DNA of 64,000 nucleotides from Candidatus Dormiibacterota bacterium (GTDB taxonomy: Bacteria; Chloroflexota; Dormibacteria; Aeolococcales; Aeolococcaceae): the NCBI GenBank assembly GCA_963850385.1, contig CAWKKS010000001.1, positions 1,774,877 to 1,838,876 on the forward strand, read 5' to 3'. Of this stretch, positions 20,573 to 30,813 are shown piece after piece (within the stretch, counting starts at the first letter, position 1; every line of letters starts with the position of its first letter). Made by a program: the position numbers and the translations under genes. The notes below the pieces were generated by a model that was given only the letters and a program-made list of their open reading frames with translations, was not told where the DNA came from and made no database searches.

Positions 20573-21631
20573 CTACGACGCCGTCTCCTCGCGCAGCGAG
20601 GCCAGGTCGATGACGAAGCGGTAGCGCACGTCGCTCTTCAGGGTGCGCTCGTACGCCTCGTTCACCTGCTGGATGGGGATCACCTCGACGTCGGAGGCGA
20701 CGTCGCGCTCGGCGCAGAGGTCGAGCATCTCCTGGGTCTCACGGATGCCGCCGATCACCGAGCCGGCGAGGCGGCGCCGCTTGTCGATCAGCGCGCCCGG
20801 GTCGAGCGGCGACGGGTCGGGCAGGCCCACGATGACCATCGTCCCGTCACGACGCAGCATGCGCAGGTAGGCGTTGTAGTCGTGTGCCGCCGACACCGTG
20901 TCGAGGATGAAGCTGAAACGCTGCGCGTTCCTCTTGAACGCCCCGTCCTCGGAGGTGACCACGAAATCGTCGGCGCCGAGCCGGCCGGCGTCGTCGCGCT
21001 TGCCGGGCGAGTGGCTCAGCACCGTCACCCGCGCTCCCAGCGCCTTGAGGAACTTGACCCCCATGTGACCGAGTCCACCGAGCCCGAGCACCGCGGCCTC
21101 CTCGCCGTCGGCCCCGCCGAAGTGCCGGATCGGCGAGTAGGTGGTGATGCCCGCGCACAGCAGGGGCGCGGCGCGGTCGTGGGGGATGCCGTCGGGGATG
21201 CGCAGCACGTAGTTCTCGTCGACCACGATGCGCTCCGCGTAACCGCCGTACGTCGGCGTGGCGCCGTCGCGTTCGCGCCCGTTGTAGGTGACGGTCATGC
21301 CCTGCTCGCAGTACTGCTCCTCGCCGGCCCGGCACGAGTCGCACTCGCGGCAGGAGTCGACGAACACACCGACGCCGACCGTCTCCCCCACCCGCCACCG
21401 GGTGACGTCACCGCCGACCGCGGCGACGCTGCCGACGATCTCGTGCCCCGGCACCATCGGGAAGATCGATCCGCCCCATTCGTCGCGGGCCTGGTGGATG
21501 TCGCTGTGGCAGACGCCGCAGTACGCGATGTCGATGACCACGTCGTGCGGACGCGGGTCGCGGCGATCGAAGGTGAAGGGGCCGAGCGGCGTGTGTGCGG
21601 CAGCGGCGGCCCAGCCGCGGGTGGAGGTCAT
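20573..21631 (-). CDS. Zn-dependent NAD(P) alcohol dehydrogenase (cinnamyl-ADH/AdhC type)
   Basis: CGVCHSD, GHEIVG, CRECDSC...C, GLGGLG, DVRYRFVID. Confidence 0.92.
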   Translation of the reverse strand: MTSTRGWAAAAAHTPLGPFTFDRRDPRPHDVVIDIAYCGVCHSDIHQARDEWGGSIFPMVPGHEIVGSVAAVGGDVTRWRVGETVGVGVFVDSCRECDSCRAGEEQYCEQGMTVTYNGRERDGATPTYGGYAERIVVDENYVLRIPDGIPHDRAAPLLCAGITTYSPIRHFGGADGEEAAVLGLGGLGHMGVKFLKALGARVTVLSHSPGKRDDAGRLGADDFVVTSEDGAFKRNAQRFSFILDTVSAAHDYNAYLRMLRRDGTMVIVGLPDPSPLDPGALIDKRRRLAGSVIGGIRETQEMLDLCAERDVASDVEVIPIQQVNEAYERTLKSDVRYRFVIDLASLREETAS

Positions 21632-21664
21632 CCAGTCATCGTAGGGGGGCCGTCCCGTGGCCGG

Positions 21665-22033
21665 TCAGGCGCCGTCGGTCGTCTCCACCACCCGCACCAG
21701 CGTGCCGGCCACCACCCCGTACCGCGAGGCCGTTCCTGCGGGGAGCTCGATCGCGGCCCTGGCGCCGCGCACAGGCATGCTCGCCCGCCACGGCCGGATC
21801 GAGTCGAGCACGCGCACGACGCGCCCCTCCCCGTCGACAAAGAGCACGTCGAGCGGGAAGCGCATGAAGAACATGTGGATGGAGCTGCAGGGGCGGATCA
21901 GCAGGCCGCGGCCGGCGGGGAGCTCGCGCCTGAACATCAGCCCGACGAACCTCGACCAGACGGTGGCGGCAACCTCGAGGTTCTCCGCGATGGGGTTTCC
22001 GTCGCTGGTCTCGAGGCGGTGCGCGGCGCTCAC
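21665..22033 (-). CDS. DUF192 family protein
   Basis: [34 protein letters not shown]; TACCAT 7 nt before GTG. Confidence 0.85.
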   Translation of the reverse strand: MSAAHRLETSDGNPIAENLEVAATVWSRFVGLMFRRELPAGRGLLIRPCSSIHMFFMRFPLDVLFVDGEGRVVRVLDSIRPWRASMPVRGARAAIELPAGTASRYGVVAGTLVRVVETTDGA

Positions 22034-22156
22034 GTGGACGATGGTACGGGCCGCGAGGGCCCGCCCCGACCTGGAGGGCACGCGCCCCGCGGCCGGCGCC
22101 CGCCGTGCCCGGCGGCCCGAGGACGGCGCTCGGGGAACCCCGGGTATGGTGGACGG

Positions 22157-22784
22157 GTGAGCGCCCGGCAGGTCGACCTGCACGTCGACCCCGCCTGCCC
22201 GTGGTGCTGGCTCACCGCGCTCTGGCTGTACGAGGTGGAGCGGCTGCGGCCGATCCGGGTGACCACCCGGGTCTTCTCACTGGTCGAGGTCAACCGCGAG
22301 CGGTTCGAACTCGTCGGAGGCCCGGCAGGGCGCCGAGCGCGCGCTCCGTGTGCTGGTGGCGGCGCGCCGGCACGGCGGTGAGCGGGCCGTCCGCGACCTC
22401 TACCGCGCTCTCGGCGAGGCGCACCACGAACGCGCCCTCCCGCTGCTTGCACCCAAGACGATCAGCGAAGCGCTGGCCGCCGCCGGGCTTGACGCCGCCC
22501 TTGCCGAACAGTCCGACGACGTCAGCGTCCGGGCCGAGCTGGCCGCGGAGCATCGGGCAGCGGTCGAGCGCGGGGCGTTCGGGGTGCCGACCCTGAGCGT
22601 CGACGGATGCGCCCCTGTGTTCGGCCCGATCATCGATCACCACGTGACCGGTGAGGAGGCGGGTGAGCTGTGGGACATCGTCATGCCGGCGCTCACCGAC
22701 CCCCGCATCTTCGAGCTCAAGCGCACCCGCACCGGCAGGCCGCAGGTGGGCCGCCAGCTCGCCGCCGCCCGAACCACGCACTGA
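22157..22784 (+). CDS. DsbA-like thioredoxin-fold protein (Rv2466c-like); one extra base at ~22308
   Basis: DPACPWCW N-terminus and FGVPT...FGPI...IFELKR C-terminus lie in adjacent frames. Confidence 0.8.
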
Positions 22785-22833
22785 GCCTGTCGCGGCCGGG
22801 ATTGGGGCGCGTTCACGGGGGGATAATCCAGCC

Positions 22834-23772
22834 ATGACCGCAGGGAGCGTGCCGGCCACCCTGGCGCGAGTGCGCCTCGCCATCGCCGGCGTGGTGGTGG
22901 TGGCGGTCGCGGAGGTCGCCGCCGGCATCGCCTCGGGATCGCTGGCGCTGCTCAGCGACGCCGGGCACCTGGTGACCAACTCGGCCACGCTCGGGCTCAC
23001 CTGGTACGCCGTGTCGCGCAGCCGCCGCCCCGCCGGCGCCCGTCACACCTTCGGCCATCACCGCGGTGGCATCGTCGCCGCGGCCGTCAACGGCGCCGTG
23101 CTCGTCGTCATCGCCGCGGTGATCGCAGTCAACGCGCTCACCCGCCTCCGCCACCCGGCGCTGGTGGCGCCCGTACCCGTCATCGTCGTCGGCTCCTTTG
23201 CACTGCTGGCAAATTCAGCCATCGCCCTGGTGCTGCGCGGCGCTGCCGGCGGCCTCGGCGTGGAGAGCGCGTTGCTGCACGTCCTCGCCGACGTGCTCAC
23301 CGACGCGGCGGTGGTGGTCGGCGCGCTGGCGCTGTTGCTGTTCGGCTGGGCCAGCGCCGACGCCGTGGTGTCGCTGCTGATCGCCGCCCTGGTGCTCGTC
23401 AGCGCGCTGGGCCTGCTGCGTGAGGCCCTGCACATCCTCAATGAGGGCACGCCTCACGATCTCGACACCGAGCAGGTGCGCGCCCGCATCGCCCAGCTGC
23501 CCGGTATCGATGGCGTCCACGACCTGCACATCTGGTCGCTCGACCGCGAACACCGGGCTCTCTCCGCCCACGTCATCGTCGGCGACCGACCCCTCGCGGA
23601 GGTCACCGCGATGATCAGGTCGGTGGAGGTTGTGCTCTGCGAGGAGTTCGGCATCGAGCACGCCACCGTCCAGCCGGAGTGCCCGTCGTGCACGGTGGAG
23701 GCCCCGCTCTACTGCAACATCGACGGCCACCACGAGCTCGTCCACGTGGCCGCGACGCGCGAGGTCCGCTAG
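22834..23772 (+). CDS. Cation diffusion facilitator (CzcD-like)
   Basis: GSLALLSDAGH, HVLAD, VHDLHIW, HATVQ; Cys/His-rich tail. Confidence 0.88.
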   Translation: MTAGSVPATLARVRLAIAGVVVVAVAEVAAGIASGSLALLSDAGHLVTNSATLGLTWYAVSRSRRPAGARHTFGHHRGGIVAAAVNGAVLVVIAAVIAVNALTRLRHPALVAPVPVIVVGSFALLANSAIALVLRGAAGGLGVESALLHVLADVLTDAAVVVGALALLLFGWASADAVVSLLIAALVLVSALGLLREALHILNEGTPHDLDTEQVRARIAQLPGIDGVHDLHIWSLDREHRALSAHVIVGDRPLAEVTAMIRSVEVVLCEEFGIEHATVQPECPSCTVEAPLYCNIDGHHELVHVAATREVR

Positions 23773-23778
23773 GCGCGG

Positions 23779-24861
23779 TCAGTCCGGCGCGGGGAAGCTG
23801 GCCCGCACCTCGGTCCCCTCGCCGACGACGCTGCGCACCTCGAGCTGGCCGTCCTCGACGGCAGCCCGCTGGCGCATGGTCACCATCCCGAGCCCGCTGC
23901 TGCGGCCAAGGCGTGCCTCGGTGGCAGCGACGTCGAACCCCTCGCCGTCGTCGAGGATCACCACCGCCAGGCGCGTCGGCTGGAAGAGGAGCGCCACCTC
24001 GACGCTGGCGGCGTGGCCATGCGCCAACCCGTTGGTCACCGCCTCCTGGACGATCCGGAAGACGGCCACCTCGACGCCCGGACGCAACCGCCGAGCGGAG
24101 CCGAGCACCACCACCCTGACGTCGGCAGTCCCCGCCAGCTCGCCGACAAGCCTGCGCAGCGCCGGCACCAGCCCCTCGTCGCGCAACTCGCCCGGGTGGA
24201 GGCGGAAGACCACGCGCTCGAGCTCGCGCAGCGCCGCGTCGGTCGAACGCCGGCAGCTCGCCGCGGCCACCGCCGCCGCGCCGGGGTCGTGGCCCACGGC
24301 GTGGCCGATCAACTCCGTGTGCAGGGCGGCGTCGGCGAGGAGCTGCATCGACCCCTCGAAGATGGCCTGCGCGGTGCCATCGTGGTCCACGTCGATCAGG
24401 TGATAGAGCTGGCGCACGGCCTGGTTGTCGGCGGCGCCAGGGCCGTCGATGGATGCACCCTCGAGGACGTGCACGGCGGTCAGGCTCTTGCGCAGCTTGG
24501 TGAGCACGGCGCGCTGCTCGCGGAGGACCTCGATGCGCCCCCGGACGCAGAGGATGCGCTCGTCCAGCCGCGCCAGCTCGGTGCGCAGCTCGAGCCCCTC
24601 CTCGAGCCGCTGCCGGTAGTCGCCGGCCGCGCCCCGGGCCAGCCGCTGGACGATCACCTGGTGGTTGGTGTCGTACGGCTTGAGCTGGTTGCGCACCTCG
24701 TCGCGCTCGGCCGCGATGGTGGCGAGCGCCGCCTCGAGGCCGTCGACGAGGTCGTCGATGTCGGTGGCGCGGCCGTCGACCCCGTAGCGGAGGCCGACCA
24801 GTGGCGACCGGGCCACGCGCACGTCGAGGACGAAGGGCGGCGCCGAGAGGTCTACGCTCAC
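23779..24861 (-). CDS. DegS-like sensor histidine kinase, apparently lacking the phosphoacceptor His
   Basis: N-terminal coiled coil, HisKA_3-like helix, FRIVQEAVTN, DDGEGFD, GLGMVTMRQR. Confidence 0.8.
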   Translation of the reverse strand: MSVDLSAPPFVLDVRVARSPLVGLRYGVDGRATDIDDLVDGLEAALATIAAERDEVRNQLKPYDTNHQVIVQRLARGAAGDYRQRLEEGLELRTELARLDERILCVRGRIEVLREQRAVLTKLRKSLTAVHVLEGASIDGPGAADNQAVRQLYHLIDVDHDGTAQAIFEGSMQLLADAALHTELIGHAVGHDPGAAAVAAASCRRSTDAALRELERVVFRLHPGELRDEGLVPALRRLVGELAGTADVRVVVLGSARRLRPGVEVAVFRIVQEAVTNGLAHGHAASVEVALLFQPTRLAVVILDDGEGFDVAATEARLGRSSGLGMVTMRQRAAVEDGQLEVRSVVGEGTEVRASFPAPD

Positions 24862-24947
24862 GTCATCCTCGCTGAACCGATTGGCGCGATGCTGTGGTGA
24901 GTCTACGCTGGCGACGGACCCTCTGTCGGCGGCTGTGGACCGCGACG

Positions 24948-25649
24948 TCAGTGCCGCCAGAGGCGCAGGCGGACGAGGTCGAAGAGCACCCTGCCCGCGT
25001 CGCGCAGCGCGCTCACGCGCGAATCGTCACGGTGACTCCAGCGCACCGGCACCTCGGCGATGTCCCAGCCGCGGCGGCGGGCGCGCAGCAGTACCTCGGC
25101 ATCGAAGCCGAAGCCGCGGGTGCGCAGGGGCTCGAAGCACGCGGTGGCGGCCTGCGCGGTGAACACCTTGAAACCGCACTGGGTGTCCTGGAGACCGGGC
25201 AGCGCGACCAGCTGCACCAGGCGGTTGTAGGCGCGGCCCATCATCTCCCGCCGCCCCGGCTGGTGCACGTCGATGGTCGAGCCGGCCACCGCTCGCGAGC
25301 CGATGGCCACGTGGCAGTTGCCGGTGAGGTGGCGGCGCAGCCGTGGCAGCTCCTCGATGGGCGTGCTCAGGTCGGCGTCGGTGAAGAGCCGCTGGTCGCC
25401 GCGGGCCTCGAGCATGCCGGCGCGCACGGCCGCTCCCTTGCCCTGGTTGCGCGGTAGCGCCAGGACCGACAGCTGCGGCCAGCCCTCCGCCAGCGACTGC
25501 ACGAAGGCGGCGGTGCCGTCGGCGCTGCCGTCGTCGGCGACGATGACCTGGTAGGCCTCATCGGACTGGTCGAGGTAGGCGCGGATGCGCTCCAGCGTCG
25601 CCGGGATCCGGCGGCGTTCGTTGAAGGCGGGGATGACCACGCTGATCAT
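24948..25649 (-). CDS. GT2 glycosyltransferase (dolichyl-phosphate glucosyltransferase-like)
   Basis: VIPAFNE, DDGS.DGT, NQGKG, DADLS, DTQCGFK; ATGA overlap with upstream gene. Confidence 0.9.
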   Translation of the reverse strand: MISVVIPAFNERRRIPATLERIRAYLDQSDEAYQVIVADDGSADGTAAFVQSLAEGWPQLSVLALPRNQGKGAAVRAGMLEARGDQRLFTDADLSTPIEELPRLRRHLTGNCHVAIGSRAVAGSTIDVHQPGRREMMGRAYNRLVQLVALPGLQDTQCGFKVFTAQAATACFEPLRTRGFGFDAEVLLRARRRGWDIAEVPVRWSHRDDSRVSALRDAGRVLFDLVRLRLWRH

Positions 25650-26368
25650 CGACGCGCCTCGCGGCGCTCGAGGTACCAGAACTGCGGCAGCACCAGCTGG
25701 CGCCGCCACCGGGTGGGTTCGCGAAGCAGCCGCCACAACCACTCCATCCCGGCCCGGCGCACCAGCACGGGCGCCCGGCGGGCGCTGCCGGCCAGGTAGT
25801 CGAGGCTGCCACCGACGCCGATGCCCACGCGGGCGCGCATGGTCTGCATGTGGTCACGCAGGAAGCGCTCCTGCCGCCCCGCACCGTAGGCCGCGGCGAC
25901 CAGGGTGGGAGTGCGCTCCCCGACCCGCCGCGCGGTCGCCGCCGTCGGGTCGCCCGCGTCCGCGTCCACCTGGAGGCGCGGGTGGCGGCGGCGCACCACC
26001 GCGGCGGCGCGAGCGGCGACGCCTGCGCGCGCGCCGACGAAGGCGACACGATGACCGCGGAGCTCCGCCTCGGGCAGGTATTCGTCGAGGAGGTCGGCAC
26101 CACCCACACGCTGCGCCCCGGCGTGCCCGCGGCGGCGCAACGCGCGAACCAGGCCGACCCCATCGGGCACGATCAGCGCCGCCAACTCGAGCAGCATCGC
26201 GAAGTCCGGCTCGCGCCGGGCCCGCATCACCATCTCCGGGTTGAGCGTCACCACCAACGCGGGCGGGTCACCTGGCTCGGCAAGCTCGAGCAGCCGCCGC
26301 ACCGCAGCGCCCATGTCCACGACGTCGACGGGGCAGCCCAGCACGCGCGCACGCGTCGTGAGAGACAT
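25646..26368 (-). CDS. WecB/TagA/CpsF family glycosyltransferase
   Basis: TLNPEM, PDGVG, GVGGSLD, EWLWRL..EP.RWRRQ. Confidence 0.9.
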   Translation of the reverse strand: MSLTTRARVLGCPVDVVDMGAAVRRLLELAEPGDPPALVVTLNPEMVMRARREPDFAMLLELAALIVPDGVGLVRALRRRGHAGAQRVGGADLLDEYLPEAELRGHRVAFVGARAGVAARAAAVVRRRHPRLQVDADAGDPTAATARRVGERTPTLVAAAYGAGRQERFLRDHMQTMRARVGIGVGGSLDYLAGSARRAPVLVRRAGMEWLWRLLREPTRWRRQLVLPQFWYLERREARR

Positions 26369-26432
26369 CGCCGCCGAACACTAACAGGCCACCGGCGCCG
26401 GCCCGAGGCCGCGACCGACAATCACCGCTGTC

Positions 26433-26954
26433 GTGACATCAGTGATTCTCGCCCACGGTGCGTCAGGCGACGCGAGGTCGATGGGCCCTCACGTCGAGGG
26501 GCTGCGCCGTCGCGGCGTCGACGCCGTCGCCATCGACCTGCCGGTGGGTCGAGCCGAGCGCGCGGTGCCGGTGTTCGCGCGGCACCTCGCCGCCGCCGGG
26601 GCCGATGTCGTCATCGGTGGGCATTCATACGGCGGACGCGTGGCCAGCATGCTCGCCGCCGGCGACGAGGGCTCGGCCGTGGCGGGCCTGGTGCTGCTCA
26701 GCTACCCACTGCACCGCCCCGGCCATCCCGACGACCAGCGCACCGAGCACTGGGGACGCATCCGCTGCCCGGTGCTGCTGCTCAGCGGCGAATCCGACCC
26801 GTTCGCCGGCTTCGAGCTGCTTGGCCGGGCGACCGAGCTGCTCGCCGACGCCGAGCTGATCGGCTACCCACGCATCGGGCACGGCCTCGCAGCCGTCCTC
26901 GACGACGCCCTCGATCGCGTCGCCGGCTTCGTGCAGCGCTGTCGTCGGAGCTGA
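26433..26954 (+). CDS. Alpha/beta hydrolase family protein
   Basis: LAHGA, GHSYGG nucleophile elbow, YPLH.PG, GESDPF, GHGL. Confidence 0.85.
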   Translation: MTSVILAHGASGDARSMGPHVEGLRRRGVDAVAIDLPVGRAERAVPVFARHLAAAGADVVIGGHSYGGRVASMLAAGDEGSAVAGLVLLSYPLHRPGHPDDQRTEHWGRIRCPVLLLSGESDPFAGFELLGRATELLADAELIGYPRIGHGLAAVLDDALDRVAGFVQRCRRS

Positions 26955-27091
26955 CACCGCTGCAAGGGGGAGGGAACAGTGAGAGGGAGACGCAAGTCCC
27001 CCTTCACCCTCGTCGGCGCAGGCGAGTTCATCTCGCCGGAGCCGACACCGCAGCGGGGGGTGCCCGAGGGGGGAACGCAGTTCCCCCTTCG
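26947..27091. repeat. Two imperfect direct repeats with hairpins (REP/BIME-like) between convergent genes
   Basis: GGAGCYGACACCGC at 26947 and 27038, each followed by a G-rich stem closing on CCCCCTTC; third hairpin at 27012-27046. Confidence 0.55.
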
Positions 27092-27493
27092 CTATCTCTT
27101 TGTGTACTGGGGAGCCTTGCGAGCGCGCTTGAGGCCGTACTTCTTGCGCTCCTTCTCGCGCGGGTCGCGCGTGAGCAGGCCTGCCTTCTTCAGCGCCGGG
27201 CGCAGATCCTCGTCCGCGGAGACCAGCGCGCGCGCGATGCCGTGACAGATGGCCCCCGCCTGGCCGGCGACGCCGCCGCCCTCCACCTTGATGCTGGCCA
27301 CGAAGCGGCCAAGGTTGTCGGTGATGCGCAGCGGCTGGGTGACCACCGTCTCGAGGTCGCGACGGCCGAAGTACTCGCTCGGCGAACGTCCGTTGATGAC
27401 CAGGACGCCGTCACCGGGCACCAGGCGCACACGGGCCACGGCGCTCTTGCGGCGACCGGTGCCGTAGTAGTAGTGCTCACTCGTTGCTGGCAA
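27092..27493 (-). CDS. rpsI: 30S ribosomal protein S9
   Basis: [31 protein letters not shown]. Confidence 0.97.
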   Translation of the reverse strand: MPATSEHYYYGTGRRKSAVARVRLVPGDGVLVINGRSPSEYFGRRDLETVVTQPLRITDNLGRFVASIKVEGGGVAGQAGAICHGIARALVSADEDLRPALKKAGLLTRDPREKERKKYGLKRARKAPQYTKR

Positions 27494-27956
27494 GCTTGAT
27501 CTCTCCGAGGTCGCCGAACGTGATCGGCTTGGGCTGCTGGGCCGCGTGCTGGTGCTCGGCTCCGGGGTACACGCGCAACCGCCTCAGCATGTCGGCGCCG
27601 AGGGTGTTGTGCTGGAGCATGCCGCGCACCGCGTGGATGATCGGGTAGGTGGGGTCGCGCTCCATCTGCTGGTCGTAGGTGCGCTCGTGACGACCGCTGG
27701 GATGGCCCGAGTACCTGTCGTAGACCTTGAGCGTGCGCTTGCGCCCGGTGACCACGATGTCGCGGGCGTTGATCACCACCACGTGCTCGCCGGTGTTGAG
27801 GTGGGGCGTGAACTGGGGGCGGTGCTTGCCGCGCAGGATGCGCGCGATGTTGACCGCCAGGCGCCCGAGTGTCTGGCCACGCGCGTCCACGAGGTACCAG
27901 GTGTCGGCGAGCGTTCCCGGCCTGGCGGTGTAGGTACGCTGCGAGGTCTGGGTCAT
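27477..27956 (-). CDS. rplM: 50S ribosomal protein L13
   Basis: [24 protein letters not shown]. Confidence 0.97.
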   Translation of the reverse strand: MTQTSQRTYTARPGTLADTWYLVDARGQTLGRLAVNIARILRGKHRPQFTPHLNTGEHVVVINARDIVVTGRKRTLKVYDRYSGHPSGRHERTYDQQMERDPTYPIIHAVRGMLQHNTLGADMLRRLRVYPGAEHQHAAQQPKPITFGDLGEIKLASNE

Positions 27957-28738
27957 GCCGTGGTCTCCGTGTCGGGCGCCGCCGGGTAGGTCACGCTCCA
28001 CTGGTGCAGGCCGCGCGCCGGGGCGACCGTGACCGTGCGGCATTGGCTGGGGTCGTCGAGCATGGCGCCGATGTCGGCGACGCTCATGCGCCCGCGGCCC
28101 ACCGCGACCAGCGCGCCCGCGATGGCCCGCATCATGCCGTACAGGAAGGCATCGGCGCTCACCTCGATGACGAACGCGGGCGGGGCATCGGCGAGGGGGG
28201 CCGAGGCGCGACGGACACCGGCGTGGTGCACGGTGCGCACCGTGCTGGCGCCGGCCCGGGGCGAGCGACCGAACCCCGCAAAGTCGTGGGTGCCGCGCAG
28301 CAGGGTCGCCGCGTCGCGCATCGCTGCAAGGTCGAGCTCGCCCGAGCAGTGCCAGGCATGACGGCGCAGCAGCGGGCTGCGCGAGCGGCGGGACACCACG
28401 ACGTATCGGTAGGTGCGGCTGAGCGCGTCGAAGCGCGCGTGGAAGGTGGCCGGGGCCCGCTCGGCGCGGCGCACGGCCACGTCCTGCGGCAGCACCGCGT
28501 TGAGGGCGGTGCCGAGGCGCTGCGGTTCCCAGGTGGCCGTCAGCGGCACGGCGACAACCTGGCCGTGCGAATGCGCGCCGGCGTCGGTGCGGCCCGCCGC
28601 GCTGAGTCGCGGCGACTCGCCGGTGACCCGCTGCAGCGCATCGCGGAGCACGCCCTCGACGGTGCGCACCGACGGCTGCGATTGCCAGCCGTGGAAGTCG
28701 CTCCCGTCGTATTCGAGCACCAGGCGAACCATGGTCAT
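27953..28738 (-). CDS. truA: tRNA pseudouridine(38-40) synthase
   Basis: YDGSDFHGWQ, AGRTDAGAH, FHARF, FLYGMMR. Confidence 0.95.
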   Translation of the reverse strand: MTMVRLVLEYDGSDFHGWQSQPSVRTVEGVLRDALQRVTGESPRLSAAGRTDAGAHSHGQVVAVPLTATWEPQRLGTALNAVLPQDVAVRRAERAPATFHARFDALSRTYRYVVVSRRSRSPLLRRHAWHCSGELDLAAMRDAATLLRGTHDFAGFGRSPRAGASTVRTVHHAGVRRASAPLADAPPAFVIEVSADAFLYGMMRAIAGALVAVGRGRMSVADIGAMLDDPSQCRTVTVAPARGLHQWSVTYPAAPDTETTA

Positions 28739-28739
28739 C

Positions 28740-29093
28740 TCAGTCGACGAGCTCGATGATCGCCAGCGGCGCGGCGTCCCCGGGGCGCGGCCCGACGTGG
28801 ATGATGCGGGTGTAACCGCCCGGGCGCTCCTTGAAGCGCGGAACCAGGGTGGTGAACAGGCGGGCGCTCACCTCACGGTCGCTGACGTACAGCGCGACCT
28901 GGCGGCGCGCGTGCAGGTCATCGGGCTTGGCCGCGGTGATGACCCGCTCCACCCAGCGACGCAGCTCCTTGGCGCGCGCCTCGGTGGTCTGGATGCGCCC
29001 GTGGCGCAGCAAGGCGGTGACCTGGTTGCGGGTCATCGCCTGGCGGTGCGCGGCGGTGCGGCCGAACTTCCGTCCGGCCCGGCGGTGACGCAT
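28740..29093 (-). CDS. rplQ: 50S ribosomal protein L17
   Basis: MRHRRAGRKFGRT, ERPGGYTRI. Confidence 0.97.
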   Translation of the reverse strand: MRHRRAGRKFGRTAAHRQAMTRNQVTALLRHGRIQTTEARAKELRRWVERVITAAKPDDLHARRQVALYVSDREVSARLFTTLVPRFKERPGGYTRIIHVGPRPGDAAPLAIIELVD

Positions 29094-29104
29094 CTCCCCA
29101 GCTC

Positions 29105-30076
29105 CTACCGGCCGGCCGGCTGGAAGAGGGTCTCGAGCTCCTCGGCGGACACCATGCCGCGCTCGACAAGCTTCTCGCGGATCTCGTCGAGGGACTTCTG
29201 CCCGAAGTTGCGCAGGGTGAGCAGGTCCTCCTGGCGCATGGCCACGAGCTGTCCGACTTTGGTGACGTCGTTCGCCTTCAGGCAGTTCAGCGCACGGACG
29301 CTGAGCTCGAGGTCCTCGATGGGGGTGTCGGCGAGGCGGCTGGGCACGTCGTTGCCGCGCTTCTGGCTCTGTGGTGGCACGGCGAGGTTGTCGCCGAAGC
29401 GCACGAAGAGGTCGAGATGCTGCGTGAACAGAGCCGCGGCCTGGCTGACCGCGTCGACCGGGCTGAGCGTGCTGTCGGTCCAGACCTCGACCACCAACTT
29501 GTCCCACTCGGTCTCCTGGCCGACACGGGTCTTCTCGATGGTGAAGTTGGCGCGGCGCACCGGCGTGAAGATGGCGTCGATGGGGATGACCCCGATCGGC
29601 TGACCCTCGCGCTTGTTGCGCTCGGCGGTGACGTACCCCTTGCCACGCTCGACGGTCAGGTCCATGCGCAGGTGCGACTTGGGGCCGTCCAGCGTGCAGA
29701 TGTGCACGTCGGGATTGCGGATCTCGACGTCGCTGGTGGTCTGGATGTCCCCGGCGGTGACCTCTTTCGGTCCGCGCACGTCGAGGGTGACGCGCACCGG
29801 CTCGTCACTGTGCGAGACCACGTTGATCTCCTTGATGTTGAGGAGGATCTCGGTGACGTCCTCCTTGATGTTGGGGATCGCGGAGAACTCGTGGGCCACG
29901 CCGTCGATCGAGACCGACGTGATGGCGGCGCCGTTCAGCGAGGAGAGGAGCACGCGGCGCAACGAGTTGCCCAGCGTGGTGCCGAAGCCCGGCTCCAGCG
30001 GCTCGATCTCGAACTTGCCGTAATTGGTGGTGCTCTCGACTTCGCGGACGGCGGGGGCGGCGATCGTGTCAACCAT
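29105..30076 (-). CDS. rpoA: RNA polymerase alpha subunit
   Basis: EPLEPGFGTTLGNSLRRVLLSS, LSVRALNCLK, RNFGQKS. Confidence 0.98.
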   Translation of the reverse strand: MVDTIAAPAVREVESTTNYGKFEIEPLEPGFGTTLGNSLRRVLLSSLNGAAITSVSIDGVAHEFSAIPNIKEDVTEILLNIKEINVVSHSDEPVRVTLDVRGPKEVTAGDIQTTSDVEIRNPDVHICTLDGPKSHLRMDLTVERGKGYVTAERNKREGQPIGVIPIDAIFTPVRRANFTIEKTRVGQETEWDKLVVEVWTDSTLSPVDAVSQAAALFTQHLDLFVRFGDNLAVPPQSQKRGNDVPSRLADTPIEDLELSVRALNCLKANDVTKVGQLVAMRQEDLLTLRNFGQKSLDEIREKLVERGMVSAEELETLFQPAGR

Positions 30077-30174
30077 AGAAAGTGGCGTGCCTCACAGGGT
30101 GCCAGCTGCGCGCATCTGCGAAGCCAGGCTTGGGTTATCGAAACCGGAATAGCAGTGGGAACGGTGCGTGGTCA

Positions 30175-30804
30175 TCAGCGGGAGTAGAACTCCACCACGA
30201 GCTGCTCGTCGATTGTCTGCTCCATCTCGTGGCGCTCGGGCAGGCGCACCACGGTGCCGCGCATGGCGCCGGCGTCGAGGGTCAGCCAGTCGGGGACGGT
30301 GCGCCCGGCGACGAGCTCGCGAGCGTTGACGATCGGCGGCAGCGCGCGGCTGCGCTCGCGCACCTCGACCACGTCCCCGGGACGCACCTGCGCCGAGGCG
30401 ACGTTGATGGTGCGCCCGTTGAGCTGGAAGTGGCGGTGCGACACCAGCTGGCGTGCCTCGCGACGCGAGGCGGCGAGGCCGAGCCGGTAGACCACGTTGT
30501 CGATGCGCCGCTCGAGCTGCTGGAGCAGCACGGTGCCGGTGACCCCGGTGCTGCGCTCGGCGCGCGCGAAGTAGGTGCGGAACTGCGCCTCGAGCACGCC
30601 GTACTGGCGGCGCGCCCGTTGCTTGGCGCGCAGCTGGATGCCGTAGTCGCTGGTCTTGCGTCGCCGCGCCAGGCCGTGCTGACCGGGGAGAAGCGCGTTG
30701 CGCTTGTCGAAGGTGCAGTTGGTCAGGCACTTGCTTCCCTTGAGGAAGAGCTTGGTGCCCTCGCGGCGGCAGAGGCGGCAGACGGGTCCTGCCTGGTTGG
30801 CCAT
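30175..30804 (-). CDS. rpsD: 30S ribosomal protein S4 (Zn-binding type)
   Basis: CRLCRREG.KLFLKG.KC, LERRIDNVVYRLG. Confidence 0.97.
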   Translation of the reverse strand: MANQAGPVCRLCRREGTKLFLKGSKCLTNCTFDKRNALLPGQHGLARRRKTSDYGIQLRAKQRARRQYGVLEAQFRTYFARAERSTGVTGTVLLQQLERRIDNVVYRLGLAASRREARQLVSHRHFQLNGRTINVASAQVRPGDVVEVRERSRALPPIVNARELVAGRTVPDWLTLDAGAMRGTVVRLPERHEMEQTIDEQLVVEFYSR

Positions 30805-30813
30805 ATCTGTGTC

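Noticed and set aside
30077-30174. 98-nt rpsD-rpoA spacer as an ncRNA
   Set aside because: Only weak hairpins and no identifiable family features
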